From Bacteroidota bacterium (GTDB taxonomy: Bacteria; Bacteroidota; Bacteroidia; Flavobacteriales_D; Crocinitomicaceae): a stretch of 64,000 bases of DNA. Below, in pieces: positions 53,638 to 62,918 of the stretch (within the stretch, counting starts at the first letter, position 1; every line of letters begins with the position of its first letter). The stretch is taken from NCBI GenBank assembly GCA_041168645.1, contig JBEEKM010000002.1, positions 4,871 through 68,870 on the forward strand. The letters are read 5' to 3'. The position numbers and the translations under genes are program-made. Under the pieces are notes generated by a model. It searched no databases, had not been told where the DNA came from, and worked only from the letters and a program-made list of their open reading frames with translations.

Positions 53638-54875
53638 GGAGCAACAGTTAAAGGCGTCCGCAACACGTAGTTTTGGTTTTCCTTGGCCAATTGAAGCATA
53701 AAACAGGTGGTCGGATACGCAATGAAAAGCCCTTTTTGTCCTTTTTCTATTACCAACGGTACTTCTTTACCAAGAAGGTCATAGCCTTTGATCGTGTTAA
53801 AATCTGATGAGAAAAGCTGAAGTGCAGCGGCTGCTTTCCACTGATATTGTAGCGTTTCAAGATCTAAACCAGCAGCACTTGAGAGATTGACATCAATGAG
53901 CAGGGTGTCGGTGTCACAGAGCCCGGTGGCTATCAGCATCACCTGATACGTGCTGAGGTTATACTCAAAGCCAATGTTTTGGCCTACCTCAATGGTCATG
54001 TCCGGAAAATACCAAGTATAATTGGCCGCCTGATTCGCATTTGCCGTGAAGCTCAATAAACTTGCGCCGGGAATGCTGCTGTAGCCTGCTGTGACTTGCA
54101 ATTGCTCACTAGGAAGTACCAAGCCCCAAGTACCCAAACTATCCAACACGATGCTACTCGCTACTTGCTGTAAAATAAAGGCATCCCCGTGTCCGATTCC
54201 GGGGTTAAAAGTATTGTTTAGGCAACTTTTCTGAAACAATGCGCTGTAAAAAACGCAAGCTGCCAAATAGGAGCCTTCTAGACTCGGGTGTGAACCATCT
54301 TGCTGATATAAATTGATATTCGGATAATTGTCTCGTACGTATTTCCAGGCAACTCCAACGGGTGATACCGCGGCAGCGGCAGAATCAGCGATGCGTAAAT
54401 AGGCTGATCTGAGGCGCGCATTCATTTTGTCAAAGGTATTGATAGAATCCCATTGCGGATCACCGTTTTGGCGCCCCCAAGTCATGAAAAAATTGACTTG
54501 GCTACAGGGTTGAATGCTTTTGGCGCTATCTGCAAGTTGCAAGGCATAGGGTAGTGTTTGGGTATTGACTTGCTCATAGGGAAAACTCGGTTCTTGGCTT
54601 TGGCCTTGCAAAATGATGTAGTCCCAGGCCTGTGCTTGCATCTTTTGATAATTGATGGCATTATTGGCATGCATTTGAAAGGTTTGACCGCCAGGCGTAT
54701 TGCTGTCATAAATGAGGTGATCTCCTTGTGCGTTGGCCACCTCGCTCACCAAAGTTGGTAAATTATTGACGGCCATATAACTATTGCCAATGAAAAGCGC
54801 TCGTAGTGTATCTTGGCCATAGGTCAGCGCATTGAAACCAAATAAAACAGCGCAACAAAGAAATAAACGCATCAT
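53634..54875 (-). CDS. secreted SGNH/GDSL-like (DUF4886-like) hydrolase candidate with a possibly degenerate T9SS tail
   Basis: A signal peptide is followed by LRALFIGNSYMAVNNLP (GDS-block-like) and DGSHPS (a catalytic-His-block-like motif). The C-terminal ~80 aa is a beta-sandwich-like tail. The assignment is tentative. Confidence 0.45.
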   Translation of the reverse strand: MMRLFLCCAVLFGFNALTYGQDTLRALFIGNSYMAVNNLPTLVSEVANAQGDHLIYDSNTPGGQTFQMHANNAINYQKMQAQAWDYIILQGQSQEPSFPYEQVNTQTLPYALQLADSAKSIQPCSQVNFFMTWGRQNGDPQWDSINTFDKMNARLRSAYLRIADSAAAAVSPVGVAWKYVRDNYPNINLYQQDGSHPSLEGSYLAACVFYSALFQKSCLNNTFNPGIGHGDAFILQQVASSIVLDSLGTWGLVLPSEQLQVTAGYSSIPGASLLSFTANANQAANYTWYFPDMTIEVGQNIGFEYNLSTYQVMLIATGLCDTDTLLIDVNLSSAAGLDLETLQYQWKAAAALQLFSSDFNTIKGYDLLGKEVPLVIEKGQKGLFIAYPTTCFMLQLAKENQNYVLRTPLTVAP

Positions 54876-57517
54876 TCTGAAAGGGTAATAATGGGGCTTT
54901 GTAAGCGAATGTCTTTTGACGAAGCACCAATTTGTAAATAAAACTGAGTAGGAAGGGCCGTGCTTTTGGGTCCTGTCGGAATACCAAGTGCAGAAACCGG
55001 AATTTTATAGTTTAAATAGAGTTTGGTTTCTCCATTTTTAAGACGCGTTTTTTCAGTTCGGATGAGGTACTGAACCGGAAGCGTTTCTGAACTGTAAATA
55101 GGCTTGATATAAAACTGCAAAGCTTCAGCTCCTGGATAAGCGCCTGTGTTTTGGATCGTGAAAGAAAGGTCAAGTGTGTCGTTTAAAGCTAAAGAAGCCT
55201 CTTGAATTTTTAAATCGCGAAATTCAAACTGCGTGTAACTTAAGCCATGACCAAACGGATAAAGTGGTTCTCCAATGCCATTGACGTAGTCATTGCCGCG
55301 CCCCGTAGGTTCATGCCAATAAGAAAGCGGAAGCTGCCCTTCATGTTGCGGAATGGTTATAGGAAGTTTACCCGACGGATTCACCTTGCCAGCCAAAACA
55401 TGAGCCAGTGCAGCACCACCTGCCTCGCCCAAATACCACGCATACAAGATGGCACTGCTTTGCGCTTGCCATTCTTGCATGGTTACTGCGCCGCCGCCAT
55501 TGATCACGACCACTACTGGTAAGCCGCATGCTTTGAGTTCCTTAATCAGTGCTATTTGCTCAGGAGCTAAACGCAAAGAGGAGCGGTCTTGAAATTCTCC
55601 TTCTGGAAAATCCACTACAAAAACTGCTACGTTGGCTTTTGCTATGGCTTTTTCGAGTTTTACAAAATGCTTTTCAAGGTGTTTTTTTGTTTCGTAGAAC
55701 AGCCTGATGCGGCCATTAGCCTGTGGTTCCTTAAACTCTAGTTTAAAGCGGAGTGTTTGACCTTTATGAAGTTGAAGTGCATGGGTGCTTGCGTGATAAC
55801 CCGCTTTTTGCCACTGATCAATGACGCAAGTATCATTGATAAATAAACGAAAACCGTCGTTTCCTTCTATGCCGATCACACAAGTGGTGTCTTTTAGCGC
55901 TTTCAACTCAGTTTGCCAACGCGCCGAATAGAATCCGTTGCCTGTTTCTGGGCAAGGCCCATAGAGTGTCCAATGATGATCGATTTGCGTTTCAGTTCTG
56001 GTCAGTACTGGTGCACCGTTAAAATGAGGGTTGTTGAAGTAGTTGGTCTGAAAACTCAGTGTTTCAAAAAACGGATTCTCAGCGCTTAGCGTCACTTTTG
56101 AATCGGCCCAAGGTTGTTCCGGAATGGATAGGTAATTGATGTGATCCGCGCCAAAGGTTTCTGTAAGCCCAGTTAAAAAGCTCTGGGCCTTGTAGCCTTT
56201 ACCGCTGTAGCCACCGAGTCTTATTTGATCAGCAGCTTCACCGAGCAATAAAATATTTGTATTCTTGGAAAGAGGCAGGACTGCCTTTCCGTTAGTTAAA
56301 GTATCATTTTTCAGTAATACGATGGCCTCTTCAGCAAAGCGCTCGGCAAGTTCCCAGCCCTGATTCAATAGCTTTTGAATTTCTTTTTGGCTGGGGCTTT
56401 CTAAGTAAGGATTTTCAAATAAACCCAATTCAAATTTGACACGCAATACACGTGCTACGGCACTATCTATTTGATTTTTTTGAAGTTGTGCTGAGAAATA
56501 ACCCGCTTCGAAAAGTTTAAAATGCGCACAATCGGTCTGAAAAATCACATCGAGGCCTCCATTCAAGGCGTGTTCGCCACTTTGGGCATAGCTATTGGCA
56601 GTCTGGTGTAAAACCAACTCTCCGCCTACCGCATTGGCATCTGAAATAACAAAGCCTTCGAAGCCCCAGTCCTTTTTGAGTGTTTGTTGAAGTAACCATT
56701 CTGAACTTGAACAGGCACTGCCATTTAAAGAATTGTAAGCGCTCATGACAGATCTGGCCTTGCCTTCGGTAAAAGCGGTATAAAAGGGTCTGAAATGACT
56801 CATGTAAAGCGCTCTGGAACTCAGGCCAATTGGGTAAGAGTCACGGCCGCCTTCGCCTACATTAAGAATAAAATGTTTAGGCGTACAAATGACACCGGAA
56901 AGCTCTATGTTTTTTATAAAAGCTATACCCATTTGGTTGGCTAAGTAGGGGTCTTCACCAAAAGTTTCTTCGGTGCGGCCCCAGCGTACATCTGAAGCTA
57001 AATTGAGTACAGGGCTTAAAACTTGACGAATGCCGATAAGGCGCGCTTCTTTGGCAATTTGCAGTGCTGCATCGGCCATCAGGTTTGGGTTGAAGGTTGC
57101 TGCCATGCCGATTGCCTGCGGAAAACTTGTGGCTTCAGCCCTAACTAAACCGTGGAGCCCCTCATCAAAGAAAATAATCGGGATGCCCAAGCGCGTTTGC
57201 TCCACGAAATAGTGCTGAATGCTGTTTGCCTTGGCAATGAGCTCTAGATTTCCTTGGCCATTAGAATAATTCAATAGTTGCTTTGTAGGATCTTGCTGCC
57301 CATTGGCAAATAGCTGTATACCAAAAATGCCGTTGTCAAAACGGCATTTTGTGGTGTCAAAATCAGAGGGAACCATGAAAAGTTGCCAAGCTTTTTCAGC
57401 TGGCGTCATGCGGCTAAGTAGGTCTTGAACTCTTGTTTCTATTGGGAGCTGAGGGTCTTTATAGCTTTGGGCTAAAAGACTTGAGCTCAATAAAAGAAAT
57501 AAGACCAGCTGCTTCAT
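54872..57517 (-). CDS. glycoside hydrolase family 3 beta-glucosidase (BglX-like) with a PA14-like insertion
   Basis: GH3 blocks are present: GFEGFVISDANA (nucleophile Asp region), RWGRTEETFGEDP, and the C-terminal FGHGLSYTQFEF. The insert has the pattern YSARWQTEL...GNDGFRLFINDTCVID. Confidence 0.9.
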   Translation of the reverse strand: MKQLVLFLLLSSSLLAQSYKDPQLPIETRVQDLLSRMTPAEKAWQLFMVPSDFDTTKCRFDNGIFGIQLFANGQQDPTKQLLNYSNGQGNLELIAKANSIQHYFVEQTRLGIPIIFFDEGLHGLVRAEATSFPQAIGMAATFNPNLMADAALQIAKEARLIGIRQVLSPVLNLASDVRWGRTEETFGEDPYLANQMGIAFIKNIELSGVICTPKHFILNVGEGGRDSYPIGLSSRALYMSHFRPFYTAFTEGKARSVMSAYNSLNGSACSSSEWLLQQTLKKDWGFEGFVISDANAVGGELVLHQTANSYAQSGEHALNGGLDVIFQTDCAHFKLFEAGYFSAQLQKNQIDSAVARVLRVKFELGLFENPYLESPSQKEIQKLLNQGWELAERFAEEAIVLLKNDTLTNGKAVLPLSKNTNILLLGEAADQIRLGGYSGKGYKAQSFLTGLTETFGADHINYLSIPEQPWADSKVTLSAENPFFETLSFQTNYFNNPHFNGAPVLTRTETQIDHHWTLYGPCPETGNGFYSARWQTELKALKDTTCVIGIEGNDGFRLFINDTCVIDQWQKAGYHASTHALQLHKGQTLRFKLEFKEPQANGRIRLFYETKKHLEKHFVKLEKAIAKANVAVFVVDFPEGEFQDRSSLRLAPEQIALIKELKACGLPVVVVINGGGAVTMQEWQAQSSAILYAWYLGEAGGAALAHVLAGKVNPSGKLPITIPQHEGQLPLSYWHEPTGRGNDYVNGIGEPLYPFGHGLSYTQFEFRDLKIQEASLALNDTLDLSFTIQNTGAYPGAEALQFYIKPIYSSETLPVQYLIRTEKTRLKNGETKLYLNYKIPVSALGIPTGPKSTALPTQFYLQIGASSKDIRLQSPIITLSE

Positions 57518-57538
57518 GGTCTACGAAGTTACGGAATC

Positions 57539-58801
57539 TTAGAGTCCGTTGGCAGCCATTCTTAACTTTAAGTCAAGGTAGGCTTGCTCATAGGCTTCGC
57601 GTAGTTTTTTGTCGCGGTTGGAAAGGTCCATGCGCCCAAGTGTTTGTAAAATAGCATCCGCTTCAGCGATGTTGCGTATCGCAAAATAAGACTCAAGTAA
57701 GTTGAAGTAGATAGCGATCGTTACATCTTTGTCGATGCGGGCTTTTTTGTTTTCGAGGTCAGATTCTTCAAGTGCTTTTTTCCAGATAGTATTTGCTTCT
57801 TCTAATTTGATTTTTGCTTGTGCCTCATTGGTAGTGAGCATTTTAAAACCCAATTGTGCAGCGTTAAATGCATCTTGAATGTCATTATGTGACTCATTTT
57901 TTGATTTCACATAATACAATTCGAAAGTTTCGTCTGTTTTTTCAAAACCGATCCGATCATTAACCAAGTGGTTGATTACCTTCAGGTTGTCTTGCAAACA
58001 TTTGTCCTCCATTGCTTTTAGTGCAGCACTGACATCCATAGAAGGTTGGGTTTTTGATGCAGCACCTTTGTAAAGCTTATATTCTGTGAATTCTGCCGGC
58101 GCTGCTGCATAAATTTCTTGGTTTGCTGCATTGGCTACCCTGAAACTCATAGGGTGGCGGTAGGTGAATTCAATGTGGTAGTAATTGACATTGTTCGTGG
58201 TTTTCACATTGTTCACGATGCTTACCTCTGCTTTTTGTTCGGTAACGATTTTAGCAGGCGTGGCATCAAAACCTTGAAGTGTGACCATATAATTCAGTGT
58301 ATTGTTGCTACCTTTTTCAACACCATCAATAAAGAGGTAAGTGGAAGCCAGGGAATTGTAGTCATAAGAGGTTTTGAGCACTGGTGGATTGATCGTGCGG
58401 CGATACGGTTGGGCTACATAATCTTTTACCGGATGGTTGTTTTCATTTAAAACTTGTTTTTCCAGGATTTTAGAAGCGGTAGACTTCGCGTTCCAAGCTT
58501 CCATTTCTTTGGCATATTTGTCGTCAGCAGCCTTCAAACGGTTTGGATATTCAGCCATATCACGTTGGTAATCAGCCTCGGCTTGTGCTTTGTCGGCCTC
58601 AAACTGCGCCAATAATTTTTGATTCTCAACTTCGTAAGCCGCAGTTACAAAAGATTGATAATAAGCTGGTTTCGGTTTCAAAGGATTGCTCGGTAGTTTC
58701 ACGTAAGAATAGGTGATACTTTCGCCTTTTACAGACTGAGCAAATGATTGAAACGAATTGAAAGCGAGGGCGATAGCCACAAATAAGGTAGATTTTTTCA
58801 C
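57539..58801 (-). CDS. hypothetical secreted protein (GTG start), first gene of the GH3 operon
   Basis: The signal peptide is MKKSTLFVAIALAFNSFQSFAQ. It has a coiled-coil-like N-terminal third and a helical C-terminus. Its stop lies 21 nt upstream of the GH3 start. I recognise no family. Confidence 0.5.
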   Translation of the reverse strand: MKKSTLFVAIALAFNSFQSFAQSVKGESITYSYVKLPSNPLKPKPAYYQSFVTAAYEVENQKLLAQFEADKAQAEADYQRDMAEYPNRLKAADDKYAKEMEAWNAKSTASKILEKQVLNENNHPVKDYVAQPYRRTINPPVLKTSYDYNSLASTYLFIDGVEKGSNNTLNYMVTLQGFDATPAKIVTEQKAEVSIVNNVKTTNNVNYYHIEFTYRHPMSFRVANAANQEIYAAAPAEFTEYKLYKGAASKTQPSMDVSAALKAMEDKCLQDNLKVINHLVNDRIGFEKTDETFELYYVKSKNESHNDIQDAFNAAQLGFKMLTTNEAQAKIKLEEANTIWKKALEESDLENKKARIDKDVTIAIYFNLLESYFAIRNIAEADAILQTLGRMDLSNRDKKLREAYEQAYLDLKLRMAANGL

Positions 58802-58925
58802 AAAAAAGGTTTATAAATACGGGGTTTTAGACGTAAAAAAGGGGAATAAAGTTGCTTTGATAAAAAAGTAAAATGAAGTTTGTTTGTAAAATAAATGATA
58901 AATTTAGTCCTCAAATTAATTAATC

Positions 58926-60578
58926 ATGCATATTTCCTTCAAATTTGCTTGTATACTGGGGCTCCTATCCCTAAGTTCTTGTACATCCTTCTTACTTCCT
59001 GACACTCAATCGGTTGTTTTCATTACTGATTCTGATTCAAGCCAAGTTCTAGCCGAAAACAAAGAACTAGGTAAAGGAAAAAATATTAGCACAAACATTG
59101 CAAGGGCTGGTTTGCAAGAAATCGTCATTCATACGCCAGGTTTTAAAGATGAGCACCACTTGCTTATTCCTGAAAGAAGAGACCCTTGGTTTTATCCGGT
59201 TGCTATTTTAGACCTCCCGCTGGTCCTAGTTAATTGGGAGCAAATCGTTCGTCATCCAAATTCTTTGCTTTATGCCAATGAAGTGCATTTAGTTCATCAG
59301 ATATTTTTCGAAAAAAGAAAAGCCGAACAGCGCTATGTCAATATTCAAGATGTCAAAGTTGACATCAAAAATTTTGAGGAAGACATTCAATTTTATGTAG
59401 TCCCTCACGAAAAAGATATTGAGCCCAAATTACTTGAGCAAAAACAACTTCGCATCACCGAAAAATTGGAAGCAAAAAGGTTAGAAGAGGAACGCTTGGC
59501 TCAATTGTCTAACAAAAAACGCAAACGATTAACTATTGCACCATCCTTGGAAACTGCAGATGAACGCAAAAGTTTGTTTGCTGAAAACACGGTTTTTACA
59601 GAAGATTTGTTTGAAGTGCTATTGCAATCAGGATTCATTGACACCGTGAATCGTGTATTTCAAGACAACAATAACACTATTTTTTTAGAGGCAAAAATCA
59701 AAGAAATCGATGAATTTTTGATTTATGAAGGTACTGAGAACTACAGAAAGTTAGGCATTAAAGTTGTTTGGACAAACTTCAATACCTACGATGAAGTCAT
59801 AGATTCACTTGAAACGTATAGTTTTTCGGATCCATTCATCTCAGAATATGGTATCAGTCCAAATTATGTAGGCATGATCAATGATGCCTTGGCTCAGAGT
59901 TATTATGAGCTCAAACAAATGGCTTCGTTTCAACAAAAGTTACCGATGCAAAACAGCTTTAACTCTCAAGAACCAATACTGAGTTTGAACAAGCCTGTGA
60001 ATTTGGTAAAAGAGTTATCCGATGCCTCATTGGCTTCAGTGATCATCAAAAGAGCAGACGGGGGGCATGGTTCTGGTTTTGCCATTACGCAGGACGGTTA
60101 TATCCTGACAAACTACCACGTCATTTCGGGCAAGACCCAAGACAAACAATCTAATATCAAGGTAATCCTTTCAAATGGCATCCTTGTAGATGCTGAGATT
60201 GTTCGTTTTAACAGAGCTCGGGATGTTGCTTTATTGAAAGTGGCTTACAATTTTGAGAAAGTATTTTTGCTTTCAGATACCAAAACATTCAAAAATTTAT
60301 CCGAAGTCTATACAATTGGCGCTCCAAAATCCGTTGAACTAGGCCAGTCGGTAAGTTTGGGTCTTATATCCAATGAAAGGATGACCAACAATAATAATTT
60401 ACTTCAGTTAAACATCAATATCAACGGCGGAAACAGCGGTGGTCCGTTATTTGAGAAAAACGGAACACTACAAGGAATCATTCAGTCAAAATTGGTAGGA
60501 AAAGATACCGAAGGCGTTGGTTTTGCTATTCCTTCTTATTTAGTTTCTTCATACCTCAACATCCAATACAAGAAATAA
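58926..60578 (+). CDS. lipoprotein with a PEGA-like N-terminal domain, a coiled-coil linker and a C-terminal trypsin-like (S1/S1C) serine protease domain
   Basis: The lipobox is LGLLSLSSC. The catalytic triad contexts are TNYHVISG (His), RDVALLKV (Asp) and GNSGGPLF (Ser). I see no PDZ domain. Confidence 0.75.
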   Translation: MHISFKFACILGLLSLSSCTSFLLPDTQSVVFITDSDSSQVLAENKELGKGKNISTNIARAGLQEIVIHTPGFKDEHHLLIPERRDPWFYPVAILDLPLVLVNWEQIVRHPNSLLYANEVHLVHQIFFEKRKAEQRYVNIQDVKVDIKNFEEDIQFYVVPHEKDIEPKLLEQKQLRITEKLEAKRLEEERLAQLSNKKRKRLTIAPSLETADERKSLFAENTVFTEDLFEVLLQSGFIDTVNRVFQDNNNTIFLEAKIKEIDEFLIYEGTENYRKLGIKVVWTNFNTYDEVIDSLETYSFSDPFISEYGISPNYVGMINDALAQSYYELKQMASFQQKLPMQNSFNSQEPILSLNKPVNLVKELSDASLASVIIKRADGGHGSGFAITQDGYILTNYHVISGKTQDKQSNIKVILSNGILVDAEIVRFNRARDVALLKVAYNFEKVFLLSDTKTFKNLSEVYTIGAPKSVELGQSVSLGLISNERMTNNNNLLQLNININGGNSGGPLFEKNGTLQGIIQSKLVGKDTEGVGFAIPSYLVSSYLNIQYKK

Positions 60579-60579
60579 T

Positions 60580-61224
60580 ATGAAAAAGAATCATTTCAAA
60601 TATTTCGTCTTCCTTTTGAGCTTTTTCATAGGACTTATTAGCTTTTCTCAACCGAATTATATCAAATTTGGAGGTACTTTGCCCGGAAGTAGCGTAGGAG
60701 CTCTTGTCGGAAAAGGAGCCTGTTTATCGTTGGGCAAAGAATCAGAGAAAATATTAAATGTTCGTGCTCGGGTGTCCTTAGACTTATTTTATCACAAAGG
60801 AGCTTCGGAGTCATTCTATGGATTCAACCATAATTCTGGCAGTTTTGGTGGTGACTACCTTGAATCTGCTACCTATACGAGTTCACTTTTTCTAAATGGC
60901 CAATTGGTATCGAGCTTGGATTATTTTTTGTTTGATAAGTTACCAAATATCTATTTCGGTCCTGATGCGTTTTTATCTGTAGGTCTACACGCTTACAATC
61001 AAAAATCAGCAGCAGTTTATACAAGTGGTGGTGGCTTGAAAGCTCATTTAGGTTTTGAGAAACCTTTAGGTAAAAAACTAAAGATCTTTGGTGAATATGC
61101 GGCAAGTTATGTAGTCACTTCTCCATATTTTTTAATCGAACAACCAACTTACAGTACTGATGCTGAAAAAAAAGTATGGTGGTACACAGCCTTCCATCAG
61201 TTTGGTATCGGTTTCAGATTTTAA
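60580..61224 (+). CDS. small outer-membrane beta-barrel protein candidate
   Basis: It has a signal peptide and alternating beta-strand patterns, and ends in the OMP-type C-terminus GIGFRF. It starts 1 nt after the protease stop. Confidence 0.5.
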   Translation: MKKNHFKYFVFLLSFFIGLISFSQPNYIKFGGTLPGSSVGALVGKGACLSLGKESEKILNVRARVSLDLFYHKGASESFYGFNHNSGSFGGDYLESATYTSSLFLNGQLVSSLDYFLFDKLPNIYFGPDAFLSVGLHAYNQKSAAVYTSGGGLKAHLGFEKPLGKKLKIFGEYAASYVVTSPYFLIEQPTYSTDAEKKVWWYTAFHQFGIGFRF

Positions 61225-61234
61225 ATTGCACAAC

Positions 61235-61603
61235 ATGAAAATATTTCTTCTTTCCCTCTTAGTAACCTTGACGTTCGCTTGTACGAAGTTTGAAACGGCA
61301 AAGCCCACCATTTCAATGACCCGATCTGGCTTGAATAATGAATATGTCAATGCTACAGGCAATTTTAGTGAGTTACCACGTGAAAAAGTCTTGTATTATG
61401 GCGTTAGACTTGATTCAATAGCGAATGCGCCACTAAGTAATGCCTATGCACAAGTTGGTTTACCTTGTCCAACATCCTATACAAATATCTATGGTGGCAC
61501 CTTGAGTTTTATGGTGCCTGGTCAAACCTATTACCTCAGATCTTTTGCTGCATTAAAAACGGGTGAACTCCTTATTTCAGAGCAGCTAGAATTTATATTT
61601 TAA
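61235..61603 (+). CDS. hypothetical small lipoprotein
   Basis: The ATG at 61235 gives MKIFLLSLLVTLTFAC (lipobox). The longer track ORF (61160) would overlap the upstream gene. Confidence 0.5.
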   Translation: MKIFLLSLLVTLTFACTKFETAKPTISMTRSGLNNEYVNATGNFSELPREKVLYYGVRLDSIANAPLSNAYAQVGLPCPTSYTNIYGGTLSFMVPGQTYYLRSFAALKTGELLISEQLEFIF

Positions 61604-61651
61604 CCAATCAAGGCGTTTACGCTTCTATTTGTTTAAAAGCAGATATTGCAA

Positions 61652-61678
61652 AAGCGCTTCTTCGGGGCGCTTTTTTTT
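61652..61678 (+). terminator. intrinsic terminator closing the protease operon
   Basis: AAGCGCTTCTTCGGGGCGCTTTTTTTT has a GC-rich stem, a TTC(G) loop and a T8 run. Confidence 0.8.
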
Positions 61679-61730
61679 ATGGCAAACCGAACTAAACCTC
61701 TTTCGTTTTGTTTAACAAATAAAACAAAAG

Positions 61731-62417
61731 ATGAAACAAAACGGTATCAAGGTAAATAACCACATGATTGACGTGCTGCTAGATGAAATTGGAGATGAGC
61801 ACGTGAGTACCTCCGTAGAAACACCCCTGAGATCAGACGCTTTTGCGCTTTCAGATCACGAGAAAATTGATCAAATTGCTCATCATTTTGGGCAAATCAT
61901 GGATATTTTAGGCCTGGATCGTACAGACGACAGCCTCAGTGGCACACCACGACGCGTTGCCAAGATGTATGTCCAGGAAATATTTAGCGGCCTCAACCCG
62001 GCCAACTTTCCAGATATCAAACTCTTTGAGAACAAATATCAATACAATCAGATGTTGGTTGAAAAGAACATTTTGTTCTATTCTAACTGTGAGCACCATT
62101 TTGTTCCAATTATTGGAAAGGCACACGTAGCCTACATTTCTTCCGGAAAGGTGATTGGCCTCTCCAAAATCAACCGCATTGTACAGCACTTTGCCAAGCG
62201 CCCACAAGTTCAAGAGCGCCTCACTATGCAAATCACGAATGCCTTGAAGCAAGTCCTCGAAACCGAAGACGTAGCGGTTGTTATAGATGCAACACACCTT
62301 TGTGTCTCTTCAAGAGGAGTAAAGGATGTAAACAGCAGTACTGTAACCGCTCATTACTGCGGGAAATTTGAAGAAGAGCAAACCAAAAATGAATTTTTGA
62401 AGTATTTGGAGTTGTAA
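61731..62417 (+). CDS. folE: GTP cyclohydrolase I (type 1)
   Basis: Canonical FolE motifs are present: GTPRRVAKMY, SNCEHHFVPIIGKAHVAYI, RPQVQERLT and ATHLCVSSRGV. Confidence 0.95.
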   Translation: MKQNGIKVNNHMIDVLLDEIGDEHVSTSVETPLRSDAFALSDHEKIDQIAHHFGQIMDILGLDRTDDSLSGTPRRVAKMYVQEIFSGLNPANFPDIKLFENKYQYNQMLVEKNILFYSNCEHHFVPIIGKAHVAYISSGKVIGLSKINRIVQHFAKRPQVQERLTMQITNALKQVLETEDVAVVIDATHLCVSSRGVKDVNSSTVTAHYCGKFEEEQTKNEFLKYLEL

Positions 62418-62424
62418 CATTGCT

Positions 62425-62432
62425 TATTTTTG
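62425..62432 (+). promoter_or_regulatory. candidate -7 promoter box 3 nt upstream of ATG 62436
   Basis: TATTTTTG is followed by AGC and then the ATG. It lies in the 18-nt gap after folE, so read-through from folE is equally possible. Confidence 0.3.
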
Positions 62433-62435
62433 AGC

Positions 62436-62906
62436 ATGACCCAACTACAACAACTCATCAATGAACTAGAGCTGCAAGCCCATCCGGAAGGAGGCTATTA
62501 TAAAGAAACGTATCGCTCTTCACAAACGCTTGAGGGGCAAGATCGACAATTACTAACGTCCATCTATTTTCTACTGACGGCTGAAAACGTATCTAGATTT
62601 CACCGCATCAAAAGCGACGAACTTTGGTATTTTCACGCCGGCAGCCCTTTAATAGTACATACCCTTTCAGAGCGCGGTCATGAGCAACACCATCTAGGTC
62701 TCGACCTCAGCAAAGGCCAGCAACCCTTCCTCTGGATTCCCAAGGACACCATTTTTGGAAGCTCAATTCTAGATGCTGAAGGCTATGCTTTGGTTTCTTG
62801 CGCCGTTGCGCCAGGCTTCGACTTTAGAGATTTTGAGTTGTTTACTGCTGAGCAATTGTTGCTTAAATTTGCAGCACACAGAGAAATAATTGAGCGTCTT
62901 ACCTAA
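62436..62906 (+). CDS. cupin-domain protein (DUF985 family)
   Basis: LELQAHPEGGYYKETYRS is the hallmark DUF985 N-terminus. The ATG at 62436 is preferred over the TTG at 62430. Confidence 0.8.
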   Translation: MTQLQQLINELELQAHPEGGYYKETYRSSQTLEGQDRQLLTSIYFLLTAENVSRFHRIKSDELWYFHAGSPLIVHTLSERGHEQHHLGLDLSKGQQPFLWIPKDTIFGSSILDAEGYALVSCAVAPGFDFRDFELFTAEQLLLKFAAHREIIERLT

Positions 62907-62918
62907 TATCTTTTTACC

